Source of the DNA: Gemmatimonadota bacterium
GTDB lineage: Bacteria > Gemmatimonadota > Gemmatimonadetes > Longimicrobiales > Gaopeijiaceae
Length of the DNA: 64,000 nucleotides
Assembly: GCA_022571515.1 (NCBI GenBank)
Contig: JACZXQ010000014.1
Span: forward strand, 27,913 to 91,912
Direction of reading: 5' to 3'
Shown here: positions 8,749-19,474 of the stretch, piece after piece
How the letters are laid out: every line of letters begins with the position of its first letter
Position numbering within the stretch: the first letter of the stretch is position 1
Position numbers and translations under genes: made by a program
Notes under the pieces: model-generated
Told to the model about the DNA's origin: nothing
The model's input: only the letters and a program-made list of their open reading frames with translations
Database searches by the model: none

Positions 8749-9765
8749 ATGGCTCGGAAAAGCATAATCGCCGGTTTGGTCGCCGCATTCGCACTTACTG
8801 CGGCATCGGCTGCGGCCCAAGATGACGACTACATCTTCGACAGGAACCGCCCCGATGGCTTCGGCCCTCCGGGCGTCTCGGGGCATTTCACGGTGGATGC
8901 CGGTGAGATCCTGTGGAGCTTCACGTACAGCCGCGACGATATGCTCGGCAACCGTGACGGCACCAACCCCCTCTTCCAGCAGGATGTGCTGGACCTCTTT
9001 ACGGTGGCGCCCATCTCCCTGCTTACCCAGACCCTTAATCTGGAACTTCGTCTGGGGATCACGGACGCTTTCACACTGGCCGTTTCCGCGCCCTACATCT
9101 TCCGGGACGACTTGAACGAAACCGAGACGGCAGTCTTCGGGGCTTTCACCGAGGACGTGGGTGACCTGAAGGTCAACACGCTCTGGAACCTCCTTGATCC
9201 GGGCCCCCACATTCTCACTCTCGGGATGGGCGTCTCCATCCCAACGGGGGAGATCGACGAGCGGGGTCCTACCGCTACCCGTTCGCGAGCCCAACTCCCG
9301 TTCAATATGCAGACCGGTTCGGGCTCGTGGGACCTGCTTCCCAGCCTGAGCTTCATGACCCAGAACGAGGTCGGCACCTTTGGTGGGCAGGTCAGTGCGA
9401 CCTTCCGCTTGAACGACAACGACCGGAACTACAGGCTCGGCAATCGCTTCGACATGACCACCTGGGTGTCGTACAACGTGAACGATTGGATCGCCGTTTC
9501 TGCGCGGGTCGTCTACGAGGAGTGGGGCTCGGTCACCGGCATCGACCCAGATACGGACGGCCTCGAAGATCCACGCGCCAATCCGTTCGCAACAGGGGGA
9601 GTTCGCACCCAGCTTCCGTTCGGCTTCACGCTGCACATTCGTGAAGGAGTCCTGAGGGGGCACCGCTTCTCGGTCGAGTACCTCACACCCATCCACGAGG
9701 ATTTGAACGGTCCTCAGTTGCAGGCGGACAACACGATCCTGCTGGGATGGCAGGTGGCGTTTTAG
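8749..9765 (+). CDS. outer-membrane beta-barrel 'transporter' family protein (MetA-pathway/phenol-degradation-like)
   Basis: Signal peptide ending AAAQD, alternating beta-strand pattern, GDLKVN...SIPTGE...TGSGSWD motifs, and C-terminal GWQVAF. Confidence 0.6.
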   Translation: MARKSIIAGLVAAFALTAASAAAQDDDYIFDRNRPDGFGPPGVSGHFTVDAGEILWSFTYSRDDMLGNRDGTNPLFQQDVLDLFTVAPISLLTQTLNLELRLGITDAFTLAVSAPYIFRDDLNETETAVFGAFTEDVGDLKVNTLWNLLDPGPHILTLGMGVSIPTGEIDERGPTATRSRAQLPFNMQTGSGSWDLLPSLSFMTQNEVGTFGGQVSATFRLNDNDRNYRLGNRFDMTTWVSYNVNDWIAVSARVVYEEWGSVTGIDPDTDGLEDPRANPFATGGVRTQLPFGFTLHIREGVLRGHRFSVEYLTPIHEDLNGPQLQADNTILLGWQVAF

Positions 9766-9772
9766 GCCGGAT

Positions 9773-11065
9773 TCACACGACCTCGACCAGGTGGTAGCGC
9801 TTCTTGCCCTTTCGTAGAATCAGATAGCGCCCTTCCACGGCGTCATCGTTGGTCAGGCAGGCGTCGGGCTCACTGACACGCCGATTGTTGGCATAGATGC
9901 CACCCCCCTCGATCGAGCGGCGTGCGTCACCCTTCGACGTGGCCACTCCGGCTTCCACGAGAAGATCGACGACCGGCTTTCCTTCGCCCTCCAAGTCACT
10001 CTTTGAGACCTTGCTCGAGGGCACGTCGGTGAAGATGTCCTCAATGTCGCCCGCCCCGAGCCCGGAGATGTCTCCTCCAAAGAGCGCGCGTGTGGCCTGA
10101 ACGGCCTTGTCCAACCCGCTCTCGCCGTGGACTGCCCGCGTCACATGCTCGGCCAGGGTCCGCTGTGCCGCACGCTCCTGAGGCTTCGACTCGAGGGAGT
10201 CCCCCAACTCGGCGATCTCGTCGCGCGAGAGTAGCGTGGAGAATTTCAGATAACGGATGACGTCAGAGTCTCCCGTATTGATCCAGAACTGGTAGAAGCG
10301 GTACGGGGAGGTGCGCTCAGGGTCGAGCCAGACGGCGCCCGCCGCCGTCTTGCCGAATTTCTCTCCTCCGGGGCCCGTGATGAGGGGTAACGTGATACCG
10401 TAGGCCTTTTCACCCCGCATCCGGCGGAGAAGGTCGATCCCCGCCGTGATGTTACCCCACTGGTCGCTGCCCCCCATCTGGAGGGTGCATCCGACCCTCC
10501 GGTTCAACTCGACGAAGTCGTACGCCTGAAGGAGCATGTAGGCGAACTCCGTGAACGTGATACCGGTGTCCTCCCCCTCCAGCCGGCGCCGAACCGACTC
10601 CTTGTTCATCATCGCGTTGATGGAGAAGTGCTTTCCGACGTCCCTGAGGAAGTCCACCATGGAGAGCTCACTCAACCAGTCGAGATTGTTCACGGTGATG
10701 GCGCCATTGCTCGACGCGTCGAAGTCCAGGAAGTGCTCGAGCTGCGCCTTGATCGCGGCCGAATTCTCGGCAGCGTCCTCCTTCGTGAGCAACTGCCGTT
10801 CGTCCGCCTTGCCCGACGGATCGCCGATGAGGCCAGTGCCGCCACCGGTCAAGATGATCGGCGTGTGCCCCGCCCGCTGGAGGTGGACGAGTCCCATGAT
10901 CGGCATCAGGTTGCCCACATGCAGGCTGCTGGCCGTAGGGTCGAAGCCGATGTATCCGCTGACCTGGCCGGCCGCGAGTGCGTCGGCCGTGCCTTCGGTC
11001 ACGTCCTGGAGCATTTCTCTCCAGGTGAATTCTTCGATCAGGTCCATGGGGCGGTTCGGGTTCAC
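9773..11065 (-). CDS. tyrS: tyrosine--tRNA ligase
   Basis: HVGNLMPIMGL (HIGH-type), GGSDQWGNI, KFGKT (KMSKS-type), and a C-terminal S4-like domain. Confidence 0.95.
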   Translation of the reverse strand: MNPNRPMDLIEEFTWREMLQDVTEGTADALAAGQVSGYIGFDPTASSLHVGNLMPIMGLVHLQRAGHTPIILTGGGTGLIGDPSGKADERQLLTKEDAAENSAAIKAQLEHFLDFDASSNGAITVNNLDWLSELSMVDFLRDVGKHFSINAMMNKESVRRRLEGEDTGITFTEFAYMLLQAYDFVELNRRVGCTLQMGGSDQWGNITAGIDLLRRMRGEKAYGITLPLITGPGGEKFGKTAAGAVWLDPERTSPYRFYQFWINTGDSDVIRYLKFSTLLSRDEIAELGDSLESKPQERAAQRTLAEHVTRAVHGESGLDKAVQATRALFGGDISGLGAGDIEDIFTDVPSSKVSKSDLEGEGKPVVDLLVEAGVATSKGDARRSIEGGGIYANNRRVSEPDACLTNDDAVEGRYLILRKGKKRYHLVEVV

Positions 11066-11152
11066 TCTTCGTCGCGAGCCGGTGCCGGAAGGTGAGCAAG
11101 GTGTCTTGGCAGGCCCGTTCCCGCCACCCCCGAATTCGGGGCAGCTACAGGC

Positions 11153-12574
11153 CTACCGCGACCCGGTGAGAAGATGACGGACCGCGGCCCGGTCTACCTT
11201 GCCGTTCGGTCGTTGTGGCAGTTCCTCGGCAACGCGTATCACGCGCGGAATCTTGGGGGCCGAGAGCCACGCCTCGAGCTGTTTCTTCACATCTTCTACA
11301 TCGGGTTGAGCCATCTGGTCCGGCACGATCAGAGCAGCCACCAGATCCCCCCACTCCGCGTCGTCGAGTCCGACAACACAGGCGTCGGCCACCCCTGCAA
11401 CCCGCCGGAGCGCCTCTTCGACCTCGATCGGGTCCACGTTTACGCCGCCCGTGACGAGTCGGCCGGAGCACCGCCCCGTAATCCACAGGTGGCCGTCCTC
11501 GTCCATGCGGCCCAAATCACCTGTAGCGTACCAGCCTTGCCCGTCCGCCAGAGGCGAGTGGTCACCGACGTAGCCCACCGCCACGGTGGGTCCACGCACG
11601 TGGATCTCGCCCTCCGCAGTCAGGCGGACCTCGAGACCCACGAGCGGACGGCCTACCGTGCCCGGCTTCTCGCGAACGAGCGAAGGTGATGCCGTCGCGA
11701 CTTGCGACGTCGTCTCGGTCATACCGTACGTGAGCGCCAACGGGTAGCCCAACTCCAAAGCCTGTGCGATCAACGAGGACGGGGCGTGCGCTCCTCCCAC
11801 CAGAAGGCATTTCAAGGTAGGCGGGGCGGGACGGCCTTCGCGATCGCCGAGAAGACGCTGGAGCATGGTGGGCACAAGAGAGGCATGGGTCACCGAACCC
11901 GCATCGACGAGGCTCGCCAATTCCTTCGCGTCGAACCGCCCGCGGGTCACCAGTGTCGCACGATGACCGACGGACCGGAGTACCGTCGCGAATCCTCCCA
12001 CGTGCCCCAGGGACAGCGACGCGTACCAGCGTGCGCCCGGGCCGCTGTGCAAGATGTCCCGGCTGGCCTCGCTAACCGCGTCGAACGCCTGGGAAGAGAG
12101 GCACACCCCGTGAGGTCGCCCGTCCGTACCCGAGGTCCAAAGAATGGCGAACGGCTCGGGCAACGGCGTATCGTCGCCCTCGCCCCCGCCCTCGTCCACG
12201 GGTTTGGGCAGATCATCCAACGAGGTCACCCAGGCCGGATCGAGGCCCGCCGCGTCCCGTGCCCGTCGGGTGGCGAGGATCATGTCGGGGCCGAGCGCGT
12301 CGAACGCGGCCTCGAACTCGGGTGGCCTCAGCCCGACGTTGAGGGGGGCCACGGTCGCACCGAGGCGGGAGGCTGCGAACAGCGCCTGCACGGCCAGCGG
12401 ACCTGGATGGGCCACGAGAGCGAGCGTGGCCCCAGGTACTGCCCCCAGCGGCGCCAACCTCCGAGCCATCCTGCTCGCCGCCGCGTCGAGCTCAGCGAAG
12501 GTCCACGTTCTGGTGCCGTCGTCCAGGCCCTCCGCATCGGGGCTATCGAGCGCGGCCTCCCGCAGGACATCCAC
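11153..12574 (-). CDS. menE: o-succinylbenzoate--CoA ligase (AMP-binding enzyme)
   Basis: LWTSGTDGRPHGV, YGMTETTS and GDLGRMDEDGHLWITGR motifs. Last gene of the men operon. Start set at the GTG 10 nt after the menA stop; the track ORF extends to 12652. Confidence 0.7.
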   Translation of the reverse strand: MDVLREAALDSPDAEGLDDGTRTWTFAELDAAASRMARRLAPLGAVPGATLALVAHPGPLAVQALFAASRLGATVAPLNVGLRPPEFEAAFDALGPDMILATRRARDAAGLDPAWVTSLDDLPKPVDEGGGEGDDTPLPEPFAILWTSGTDGRPHGVCLSSQAFDAVSEASRDILHSGPGARWYASLSLGHVGGFATVLRSVGHRATLVTRGRFDAKELASLVDAGSVTHASLVPTMLQRLLGDREGRPAPPTLKCLLVGGAHAPSSLIAQALELGYPLALTYGMTETTSQVATASPSLVREKPGTVGRPLVGLEVRLTAEGEIHVRGPTVAVGYVGDHSPLADGQGWYATGDLGRMDEDGHLWITGRCSGRLVTGGVNVDPIEVEEALRRVAGVADACVVGLDDAEWGDLVAALIVPDQMAQPDVEDVKKQLEAWLSAPKIPRVIRVAEELPQRPNGKVDRAAVRHLLTGSR

Positions 12575-12584
12575 CAGGGAACGC

Positions 12585-13445
12585 TCAGGCCCCCAACGCG
12601 AGTCCCAGCGCCAAGAGCGCGCCGTACGCGGCCACCAGGCGCGCGGTACCACCGAGAGCCGGGATCAGCTCGCTGGGATCGTCGGTCGTCATGATGCGAG
12701 ACATCGGTCCGATCGCGTACACGCCGGAAGCGAGCGCCAGGAGCGACGTGCGAGGCCATCCGGCCAAAGCCACCCCGAGCAGCGGGACCACGAAGGCGCC
12801 GGCAACGAGCGCAATGTACTGGACGCGGCTACCCGTGCGACCGATGCGGACGGCAAGCGTCCTCTTGCCCACGGCCCGGTCGCTATCGATGTCCCGGAGG
12901 TTGTTGGCCACCAGGATCGCCGTGTTGAGAGCCCCGACTCCGGCTCCGGCCAGAAGCAGATCGGCCGGGAAGTCGAGCGCTTGCACCCAATACGTTCCAC
13001 CCACGGCCACCAGCCCGAAGAACACGAACACGAAGACATCGCCAAGGCCATGATAAGCGAGGGGAAAGGGCCCACCCGTATACGCCACGGCACAGATGAG
13101 CGAGGCCAGGCCGATTACGACGATCGGCCATCCGCCGATCCAGGCCAGATAAACCCCTACGGCGAGGGCCAGCCCGAGCGTCACGAACATGCCGTTGCGC
13201 ACCGCGACGGGGGCGATGAGGCCGGCCTGGGTTACCCGCACGGGACCCACACGCTCCTCTGTGTCCCCGCCGCGCACGAAGTCGTAGTAGTCGTTCGCGA
13301 GGTTGGCGGTGATCTGGATGAGCAGGGCGCCCACCATCGCAGCCGTGGCCGGGAGGACCGTCAGCGCTCCGTGACCCGCCGCGAAGCCGGTGCCCACCAG
13401 TACGGGTGCCGCCGCCGCGCTCAGCGTCTTGGGCCGTATGGCCAA
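12585..13445 (-). CDS. menA: 1,4-dihydroxy-2-naphthoate polyprenyltransferase
   Basis: (M)AIRPKTLSAAAAPVLVGTG...NNLRDIDSDRAVGKRTLAV is UbiA-type. The likely start is TTG at 13443-13445. The upstream part of the track ORF lies antisense-shifted inside menB. Confidence 0.85.
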   Translation of the reverse strand: MAIRPKTLSAAAAPVLVGTGFAAGHGALTVLPATAAMVGALLIQITANLANDYYDFVRGGDTEERVGPVRVTQAGLIAPVAVRNGMFVTLGLALAVGVYLAWIGGWPIVVIGLASLICAVAYTGGPFPLAYHGLGDVFVFVFFGLVAVGGTYWVQALDFPADLLLAGAGVGALNTAILVANNLRDIDSDRAVGKRTLAVRIGRTGSRVQYIALVAGAFVVPLLGVALAGWPRTSLLALASGVYAIGPMSRIMTTDDPSELIPALGGTARLVAAYGALLALGLALGA

Positions 13446-13465
13446 GATCCAGACCGAGATCGGCC

Positions 13466-14302
13466 CTACGGCAGCCAGGGGTACTTCCGAAAGTCCGGTG
13501 GCCGCTTTTCGAGGAAGGCGTTCCTGCCCTCCTGGCCCTGCTCCGTCATGTAGAAGAGCAGCGTGGCGTTGCCGGCCAGCTCCTGCAAACCGGCTTGCCC
13601 GTCCAAGTCGGCGTTGAACGCCGCCTTGAGGCACCGGATGGCCAACGGGCTCTTGTCCAAGATGTCCTGAGCCCACTGCCAACCCTCGGCCTCCAACTCG
13701 GCCACCGGCACCACCTTGTTCACAAGTCCCATGTCGAGCGCTTCCCGCGCGTCGTACTGGCGACAGAGATACCAGATCTCCCGGGCCTTCTTCTGACCGA
13801 CGATCCGGGCCAGGTACGATGAGCCGAAGCCACCATCGAAGCTGCCTACCATGGGCCCGGTCTGGCCGAACACCGCGTTGTCGGCCGCGATCGTCAGGTC
13901 GCACACGACATGCAGGACGTGGCCACCCCCGATCGCGTAGCCGGCCACGAGAGCGATCACCGGCTTGGGCATGGTTCGGATGTAGCGCTGCAACTCGAGC
14001 ACGTTCAGGCGTGGCACACCATCGCTCCCAACGTACCCGGCCTCGCCTCGCACCCGTTGATCACCCCCGGAGCAAAAGGCGTACTTTCCGTCCCCGGCGG
14101 GTCCGTTTCCGGTAAAGAGCACCACGCCGATCGACGTGTCCTCGCCGGCGTCACGAAAAGCCTCGAGGAGCTCGAAAACGGTCTCGGGACGAAACGCGTT
14201 TCGGACCTCCGGCCGGTCGAATGCGATTCGGGCGACTCCGTCGCACTTATGGTAGGTGATGTCTTCAAAGTCCTTCACCACCTCCCAATCGGGCTGCGTC
14301 AT
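13466..14302 (-). CDS. menB: 1,4-dihydroxy-2-naphthoyl-CoA synthase
   Basis: [26 protein letters not shown]...[11 protein letters not shown]...[16 protein letters not shown]. Confidence 0.95.
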   Translation of the reverse strand: MTQPDWEVVKDFEDITYHKCDGVARIAFDRPEVRNAFRPETVFELLEAFRDAGEDTSIGVVLFTGNGPAGDGKYAFCSGGDQRVRGEAGYVGSDGVPRLNVLELQRYIRTMPKPVIALVAGYAIGGGHVLHVVCDLTIAADNAVFGQTGPMVGSFDGGFGSSYLARIVGQKKAREIWYLCRQYDAREALDMGLVNKVVPVAELEAEGWQWAQDILDKSPLAIRCLKAAFNADLDGQAGLQELAGNATLLFYMTEQGQEGRNAFLEKRPPDFRKYPWLP

Positions 14303-16089
14303 GCCAACACTCCTTTTCCTAGCTCAACCTTCACTGCGGCCGCCACGGCCGACACGACGTCCTGGCGGCGCCTGTAGCTCATCTCGCGGTCGAGCGGAAC
14401 TTCCAGAATCGCAGGGCCTTCTGTGTTCATTGCGTCCTCCAATGATTCCCCCAGGTCCTGGCTGCTCGTCACACGCCAATACGGAATCCCGTAGAGCTGC
14501 GCGACGCCACGGAAGTTGATCCCATGCGGTGTCAGGAAGTAGGACGTGAATTCCGGCTCGTGCTCGCGGATCGGTAACGCCTGAAAAATCCCACCTCCGT
14601 CATTGTGAATCACGATGAAGCTGACGTCGAGGCCGTACTTCGCCGCCGCGAGCAGCCCATTCATGTCGTGGTACATCGCGATGTCGCCCAGCACCGCGAC
14701 GGTCTTCCTGCCTGTTCCGACCTGCACCCCGAGGGCGCTGGACACAATGCCGTCGATCCCGCTCGCTCCTCGGTTTCCGTAGACGTGGACAACCTTGTCG
14801 GTCGGAGCCACGAACGCATCCAGATCCCTGACCGGCATGCTGTTGGATATGAAGAGGTTCCCATCGGTGGCAAGGCCGGCCACCGCCACCGCCACGACCA
14901 CTCCCTCGAACAAGCCTGCGGAAAGCGTCGTCTGGACCTCTGCTTGGGTGACTTCTTCTACGCGGGCCCATCCCTTTCGCCAGGAGTCCGAGGCGATCGC
15001 GTTGCTGAGACGGCCGCTCACGGCCTGGAGAAACTCGGCAGCGTCGGCCTCCACGTACTCACTGGCCACTGAAAGATGGTCCTTCCAGCGCCCCCCCGGA
15101 TCGATCACGACCTGGCGGGCCTCGGTGCTCTCTGCAAAGAGGCTGGCAAGCGACGCCGACGTCGGTGTGGCTCCTACGCGCAGAATCAGGTCCGGCCGCA
15201 TGCGCTTGCGGATGTCGGGGTCCCGCAGAAACAGGTCGTAGCCGCCGATCACGCTCTTGCAAGCACCCCCGAAACGCGCACCAGACAAAGGGTCGGCCAG
15301 GAGCGGGAACCCCGTCGCCGCGGCAAGACGCCCGGCCGCCATCCCGGTCTCATCCGGCGCCGCATTCGCGCCCACCACGATGATCCCGTTGCGCCGACTC
15401 CGACACAACTTTGCGACATGCTCCACGGCATCGCTCGGCACCGAGCGAGACCCCCGCACCACCCTCACGTAGGGATCCTCCTCCTGCCACCCACCGGGTT
15501 CACGCGTGACAGGACGCCCGCCAGGAGGATCCCCATCCGGACCGGACACGGGCTCGAGAGGCTTGGCAAACGGGAAGTTAAGATGCACGGGACCTGCCGG
15601 CGGGCCGGCCGCCACACTCACAGCGCGAGCGGCGAGCGTGCGGAGGTGCCGAAGCGCGGGCTCATCCGTGCTGGGTGGCGCCACCTCGTGGAACTCGCGC
15701 ACCTGCGTTCCGAACAGCCTGACTTGGTCGATCGCCTGGTTGGCGTCCGCGGCCCGAAGGCGATGGGGACGGTCGGCGGTCAGTACGATGAGCGGCACTT
15801 CGGCATGGAAAGCCTCGATAACCGCGGGGTGCAGGTTCGCGGCCGCCGTGCCGGACGTGGTGATAACCGCTGCGGGCATGCCCGTGGCACGTCCAATGCC
15901 CAGCGCGAAGAAACCTGCGGACCGCTCGTCGAGGTGCACGAAACGCTCGAAGCGGTCGTCTCTGGCCACGGCCATGACAAGGGGCGTCGAGCGAGATCCG
16001 GGTGCGATACAGACGTGGCGGACCCCGCAGGCCGCCAACTCCTGAACGAAGGCACGGGCCCAGGGAGTGTTCGCTCCACCAGGGTTCAC
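14299..16089 (-). CDS. menD: SEPHCHC synthase (ThDP-dependent)
   Basis: [31 protein letters not shown]...[10 protein letters not shown]...[12 protein letters not shown]. The GTG start overlaps the menF TGA (GTGA), and the stop overlaps the menB ATG. Confidence 0.9.
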   Translation of the reverse strand: MNPGGANTPWARAFVQELAACGVRHVCIAPGSRSTPLVMAVARDDRFERFVHLDERSAGFFALGIGRATGMPAAVITTSGTAAANLHPAVIEAFHAEVPLIVLTADRPHRLRAADANQAIDQVRLFGTQVREFHEVAPPSTDEPALRHLRTLAARAVSVAAGPPAGPVHLNFPFAKPLEPVSGPDGDPPGGRPVTREPGGWQEEDPYVRVVRGSRSVPSDAVEHVAKLCRSRRNGIIVVGANAAPDETGMAAGRLAAATGFPLLADPLSGARFGGACKSVIGGYDLFLRDPDIRKRMRPDLILRVGATPTSASLASLFAESTEARQVVIDPGGRWKDHLSVASEYVEADAAEFLQAVSGRLSNAIASDSWRKGWARVEEVTQAEVQTTLSAGLFEGVVVAVAVAGLATDGNLFISNSMPVRDLDAFVAPTDKVVHVYGNRGASGIDGIVSSALGVQVGTGRKTVAVLGDIAMYHDMNGLLAAAKYGLDVSFIVIHNDGGGIFQALPIREHEPEFTSYFLTPHGINFRGVAQLYGIPYWRVTSSQDLGESLEDAMNTEGPAILEVPLDREMSYRRRQDVVSAVAAAVKVELGKGVLA

Positions 16090-17471
16090 AGGCGGGCCCC
16101 GCTGGCCTCGAGGGCACGCAGCACGGGCTCGAACTTGATGCCGGTCTCCTCCCACTCGAGTGCCGCGTCAGAGCCGGCGACGATCCCCGCTCCCGCGAAC
16201 AGCCGCCACTGCCTGCCGCGCACGACCGCACACCGTAGAGCCGGCGCAAACACGCCGTTGCCCGCGGCATCGAACCAACCGACCGGGCCGGCATACCAGC
16301 CGCGCTCGAACGGCTCCTGTCGGCTCAGAAACTCCAACGCCGCATCACGGGGTAACCCACACACCGCCGGCGTCGGGTGGAGCGCCTCTAGAATGTCGAG
16401 CACCCCGATCCCTTCGGGGATCCGGGCTTTGATTTCCGATTCGAGATGTTGGATCCTCGAGAGCGTCAGCACGTGAGGCTCGGCCTGAGCCTCGACGTCT
16501 TCAGCAAGGGGCGTCAGGCGGGCCACCATGTCATCCAGGGCAATCCCATGCTCCTCCCGATCCTTACGGCTGGACAGCAGGCGTTCGGCCAGGGCTCCCC
16601 GCTCTTCGGGGGTCGTTCCCACACCGATGGATCCGGCCACCGCAGTGGCTTGGAACGCACCATGCTGCAACGTCGCGACCGTCTCTGGGGCCGCCCCGAG
16701 GAGTGCGGCGCCCGGCCGAGGCTCGAACAGGAATACGTGCGTCCCGCGGTTTCGGTCCCAGAGGTGCTCGAGTACCTCGACAGGTCGCAGGAGTCCATCG
16801 GTTTTGAGATCGAGCGTACGCGCGAGCACTACCTTCGATACGGACGCCTCGCTGATGGCGGCGAGACTCGCCGAAATAGCCGCCTCCCATGCGGACCGGC
16901 CCGAGTCATTGCTATCGACGTCGATGGCGTGCTCGCCTGTGTGTTCTTGGCCTGCTTCGTGGGCAAGAGTCCGCCCGAACCGTTCGAGTCGCTCGCGAAG
17001 GTCTCTTGCGAGCTGGGACGGATCTTCGCCCACTCTGGCCAACGCATGGGCTCTCAGGGTGACCGGGCCTTCCCCGCCCGAAGCCTCTATGGACGGAAGG
17101 TGGAACAGCGCCGTCGGGAAGCCATCCCAGACACCGGCCTGTCGATGATCTGAGCGAAACGCGAAGCCTCCATAGAGCCGCGGTCCGCTCTCCCCGGGAG
17201 AGCCGAGTCCGAGCAACTCGCTGGCATCCGAGCGAACGGCTTGAAATCGGCCGTCCACGCCGGAAGTGGAGGCTGTAGCCACCACCTCGGCCGCAATTCC
17301 GGAGTGAGCGACCCAGTGTTCACCGCGCGCCCAGAACCCGCGCGCCTCCCCCTCCGCCGCCCTGAGGAAGGCCGAGGGTGACACGTCCGGCCCGGGCGCC
17401 GACACGGAGACCACGCGGCTCAGCGCCGCGGAAACCCCTACCCGCTCCATTGCGGGCTCGATTACAGACAA
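16086..17471 (-). CDS. menF: isochorismate synthase
   Basis: Chorismate-binding family: GAAPETVATL...SRKDREEHGIALDDM...LHPTPAVCGLP...RGWYAGPVGWFD...FAGAGIVAGSD. Confidence 0.85.
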   Translation of the reverse strand: MSVIEPAMERVGVSAALSRVVSVSAPGPDVSPSAFLRAAEGEARGFWARGEHWVAHSGIAAEVVATASTSGVDGRFQAVRSDASELLGLGSPGESGPRLYGGFAFRSDHRQAGVWDGFPTALFHLPSIEASGGEGPVTLRAHALARVGEDPSQLARDLRERLERFGRTLAHEAGQEHTGEHAIDVDSNDSGRSAWEAAISASLAAISEASVSKVVLARTLDLKTDGLLRPVEVLEHLWDRNRGTHVFLFEPRPGAALLGAAPETVATLQHGAFQATAVAGSIGVGTTPEERGALAERLLSSRKDREEHGIALDDMVARLTPLAEDVEAQAEPHVLTLSRIQHLESEIKARIPEGIGVLDILEALHPTPAVCGLPRDAALEFLSRQEPFERGWYAGPVGWFDAAGNGVFAPALRCAVVRGRQWRLFAGAGIVAGSDAALEWEETGIKFEPVLRALEASGARL

Positions 17472-17675
17472 CTGCTCGTCACGTCGAACGGGGACGCTCC
17501 CAGAGGTTAGTGCCGGGTGTGTCCGATCTCACGATCGGGACGGGAGACTATGAACGAAGAGAATATAGGGTGCTGCGGTGAACAACCAAGCCGTGAACGG
17601 CCTGACCGCTAGCTGTGGATGAGGTACGTGAGGAGCCACGCGACCGCCTGGGGTAGCATGTCGAAGGTGAAGAGC

Positions 17676-18059
17676 TCAGCTCCCACTGCGGTCAGCCTCT
17701 TGGATCATGTCCACCAGACGCTCCAACTCGTCGCGGTCCACCTCGTGTGCACGGACCAGGTGGCGGACGAGTGCCGAGGGGTCGCCCTCGAAGAGGCTCG
17801 CGGTCAGTTCGCGCACCTTGGAGTGGCGTACCTCCTTTTCGGTCACGAGCGCCCGATAGACGTACTGACGCCCCTCCTTGCGGTGAGACAAGACACCCCT
17901 CTTCTCGAGCCTCGAGAGCAGAGTCGCAACGGTGGTGAGAGCGAGACCCCGGACCTCCGCCATGGCGGCGTGGACCTGCTGGGTGGTAGCCTCTCCGCAC
18001 TCCCAGAGTATGTGGAGAATGGCGAGTTGGAGTTCGGTCAGGGCATGGCTATCCGTCAA
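17676..18059 (-). CDS. BlaI/MecI/CopY-family transcriptional repressor
   Basis: LTELQLAILHILWECGEATTQQVHAAM...LALTTVATLLSRLEKRGVLSHRKEGRQYVYRALV. Confidence 0.85.
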   Translation of the reverse strand: MTDSHALTELQLAILHILWECGEATTQQVHAAMAEVRGLALTTVATLLSRLEKRGVLSHRKEGRQYVYRALVTEKEVRHSKVRELTASLFEGDPSALVRHLVRAHEVDRDELERLVDMIQEADRSGS

Positions 18060-18224
18060 CGGCCTCTCCCGGTGGGAGATCTACTACGAGTGTATGACGT
18101 GCGGCCACCGCCGCGGGGTTGCCCCAGGGCGGGAGTAACCCCTGGTCCGGATCATGCAGTGTTCGCCATGTGGGTCCCGCAGCGTACCTTATGCGGGATC
18201 TTCACCGGTAGCGACGAGAATAGG

Positions 18225-19178
18225 ATGACACTAGTGGCTTCCAAGACAGCTTCGATTCGTTCTCAGTGCATGCGGAGAGCCAGACTCGCCGGGTGGATGG
18301 CCTGCGTGGCGGTTCCAGTGATCGCGGCTCCCACCGCAGCCCAGGCCCCCCCGGGGACCGACATCCTGATTGCAGACCTCGGCACCTTCAACGGCGTCTA
18401 CTACCTCGTCGGAGATCCCAAAAACGTCACGAAGAGGCCCGAGGCATACGACAATCAGCCGTTCTTCACGCCGGACAGCCGCTCGATCCTGTTCACGGCC
18501 GCCTACGAAGACGGTAACGACGGACAGACGGAGATCCACAGGTACTACCTCAGCGCAAGACGCACCGCCCGCATCACGCGTACCGCCGAGAGCGAGTACT
18601 CTCCCACTCCCGTGCCCGGCGATAGGGCCTTCTCAGCCATTCGCGTCGAAGCCGACTCGACTCAGCGACTCTGGCGCTTCACCATGGAGGGAATGGACCC
18701 GGAGGTCCTCTTGCCCAACCTCGACCCCGTGGGGTATCACGCGTGGGCTGACCCGAACACCCTGTTGCTCTTCGTTCTCGGTGAACCCTCCACCCTCCGT
18801 TTGGCCGACCTGCGCACCGCGCGTGTGGAGATCGTGGCCGAGAACGTGGGTCGTTCCATCCACAAGATTCCGACGAGGAACGCGTTCAGCTTCACCCAGC
18901 GTGTCTCGGACGACGAGGCCTGGATCACAGAGCTGGATCCGAACACGAAGGAGACGACCCGACTCGTCAGGACCCTTTCGGGGGGTGACTTCCACGCCTG
19001 GACGCCGGACGGTACGCTGCTCATGGCGGACGGTGGAAGCATCTACCAATGGAATCCCGGCCGGGCAAACGGTTGGCAGCGGATCGCCGACCTCAGCCGC
19101 ATGGGCCTCGAGTTCTCCCGGCTGGCCGTGAGCCCGGATGGGACGAAGATCGCGCTGGTCGGACAGGCGGCGAATTAG
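18225..19178 (+). CDS. periplasmic TolB-like beta-propeller protein
   Basis: Signal peptide (ACVAVPVIAAPTAAQA) and repeated F(T/S)PD(G/S) motifs (FFTPDSRSILF, AWTPDGTLL, AVSPDGTKIAL). The start is at Met 18225 or 18270. The upstream part of the track ORF is antisense to the BlaI gene. Confidence 0.6.
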   Translation: MTLVASKTASIRSQCMRRARLAGWMACVAVPVIAAPTAAQAPPGTDILIADLGTFNGVYYLVGDPKNVTKRPEAYDNQPFFTPDSRSILFTAAYEDGNDGQTEIHRYYLSARRTARITRTAESEYSPTPVPGDRAFSAIRVEADSTQRLWRFTMEGMDPEVLLPNLDPVGYHAWADPNTLLLFVLGEPSTLRLADLRTARVEIVAENVGRSIHKIPTRNAFSFTQRVSDDEAWITELDPNTKETTRLVRTLSGGDFHAWTPDGTLLMADGGSIYQWNPGRANGWQRIADLSRMGLEFSRLAVSPDGTKIALVGQAAN

Positions 19179-19474
19179 CGCGGCCGCGTGGTGCGCTCAG
19201 ACCGGAGAACGCCGACACTTACGTAATGAAGCTTTGTGGTCCAACCTGAGATCCCGGCTCTGGCACCCCTTCAGGTGAGATAGATGGGCATCAAGCAACG
19301 TCCCGCGTGCGGGGCCAACCTCCTACGACTCCCGAGTGCTGCCACCAATGCGGGGTGGATCCGGCCGATCATCCCCTCACCGCCGACCCTGGTGTGGCGT
19401 CTTGGATCTTGGGGAGCATGGACCTGGCAGCCATTGGGGCGGCCGTTCTCTGGCTGTACTTCTTCAACAACCTT

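Noticed and set aside
13446-13904. N-terminal extensions of the menA ORF (to 13904), the menD ORF (to 16155) and the menE ORF (to 12652).
   Set aside because: The extensions overlap the upstream men genes in another frame and carry no family similarity. Shorter starts (TTG 13445, GTG 16089, GTG 12574) give canonical N-termini and coupled junctions.
17619-18224. The 5' 200 codons of the 519-aa ORF 17619..19178.
   Set aside because: This part is antisense to the well-supported BlaI gene and has shadow-ORF composition. A signal peptide and propeller repeats begin only after Met 18225/18270.
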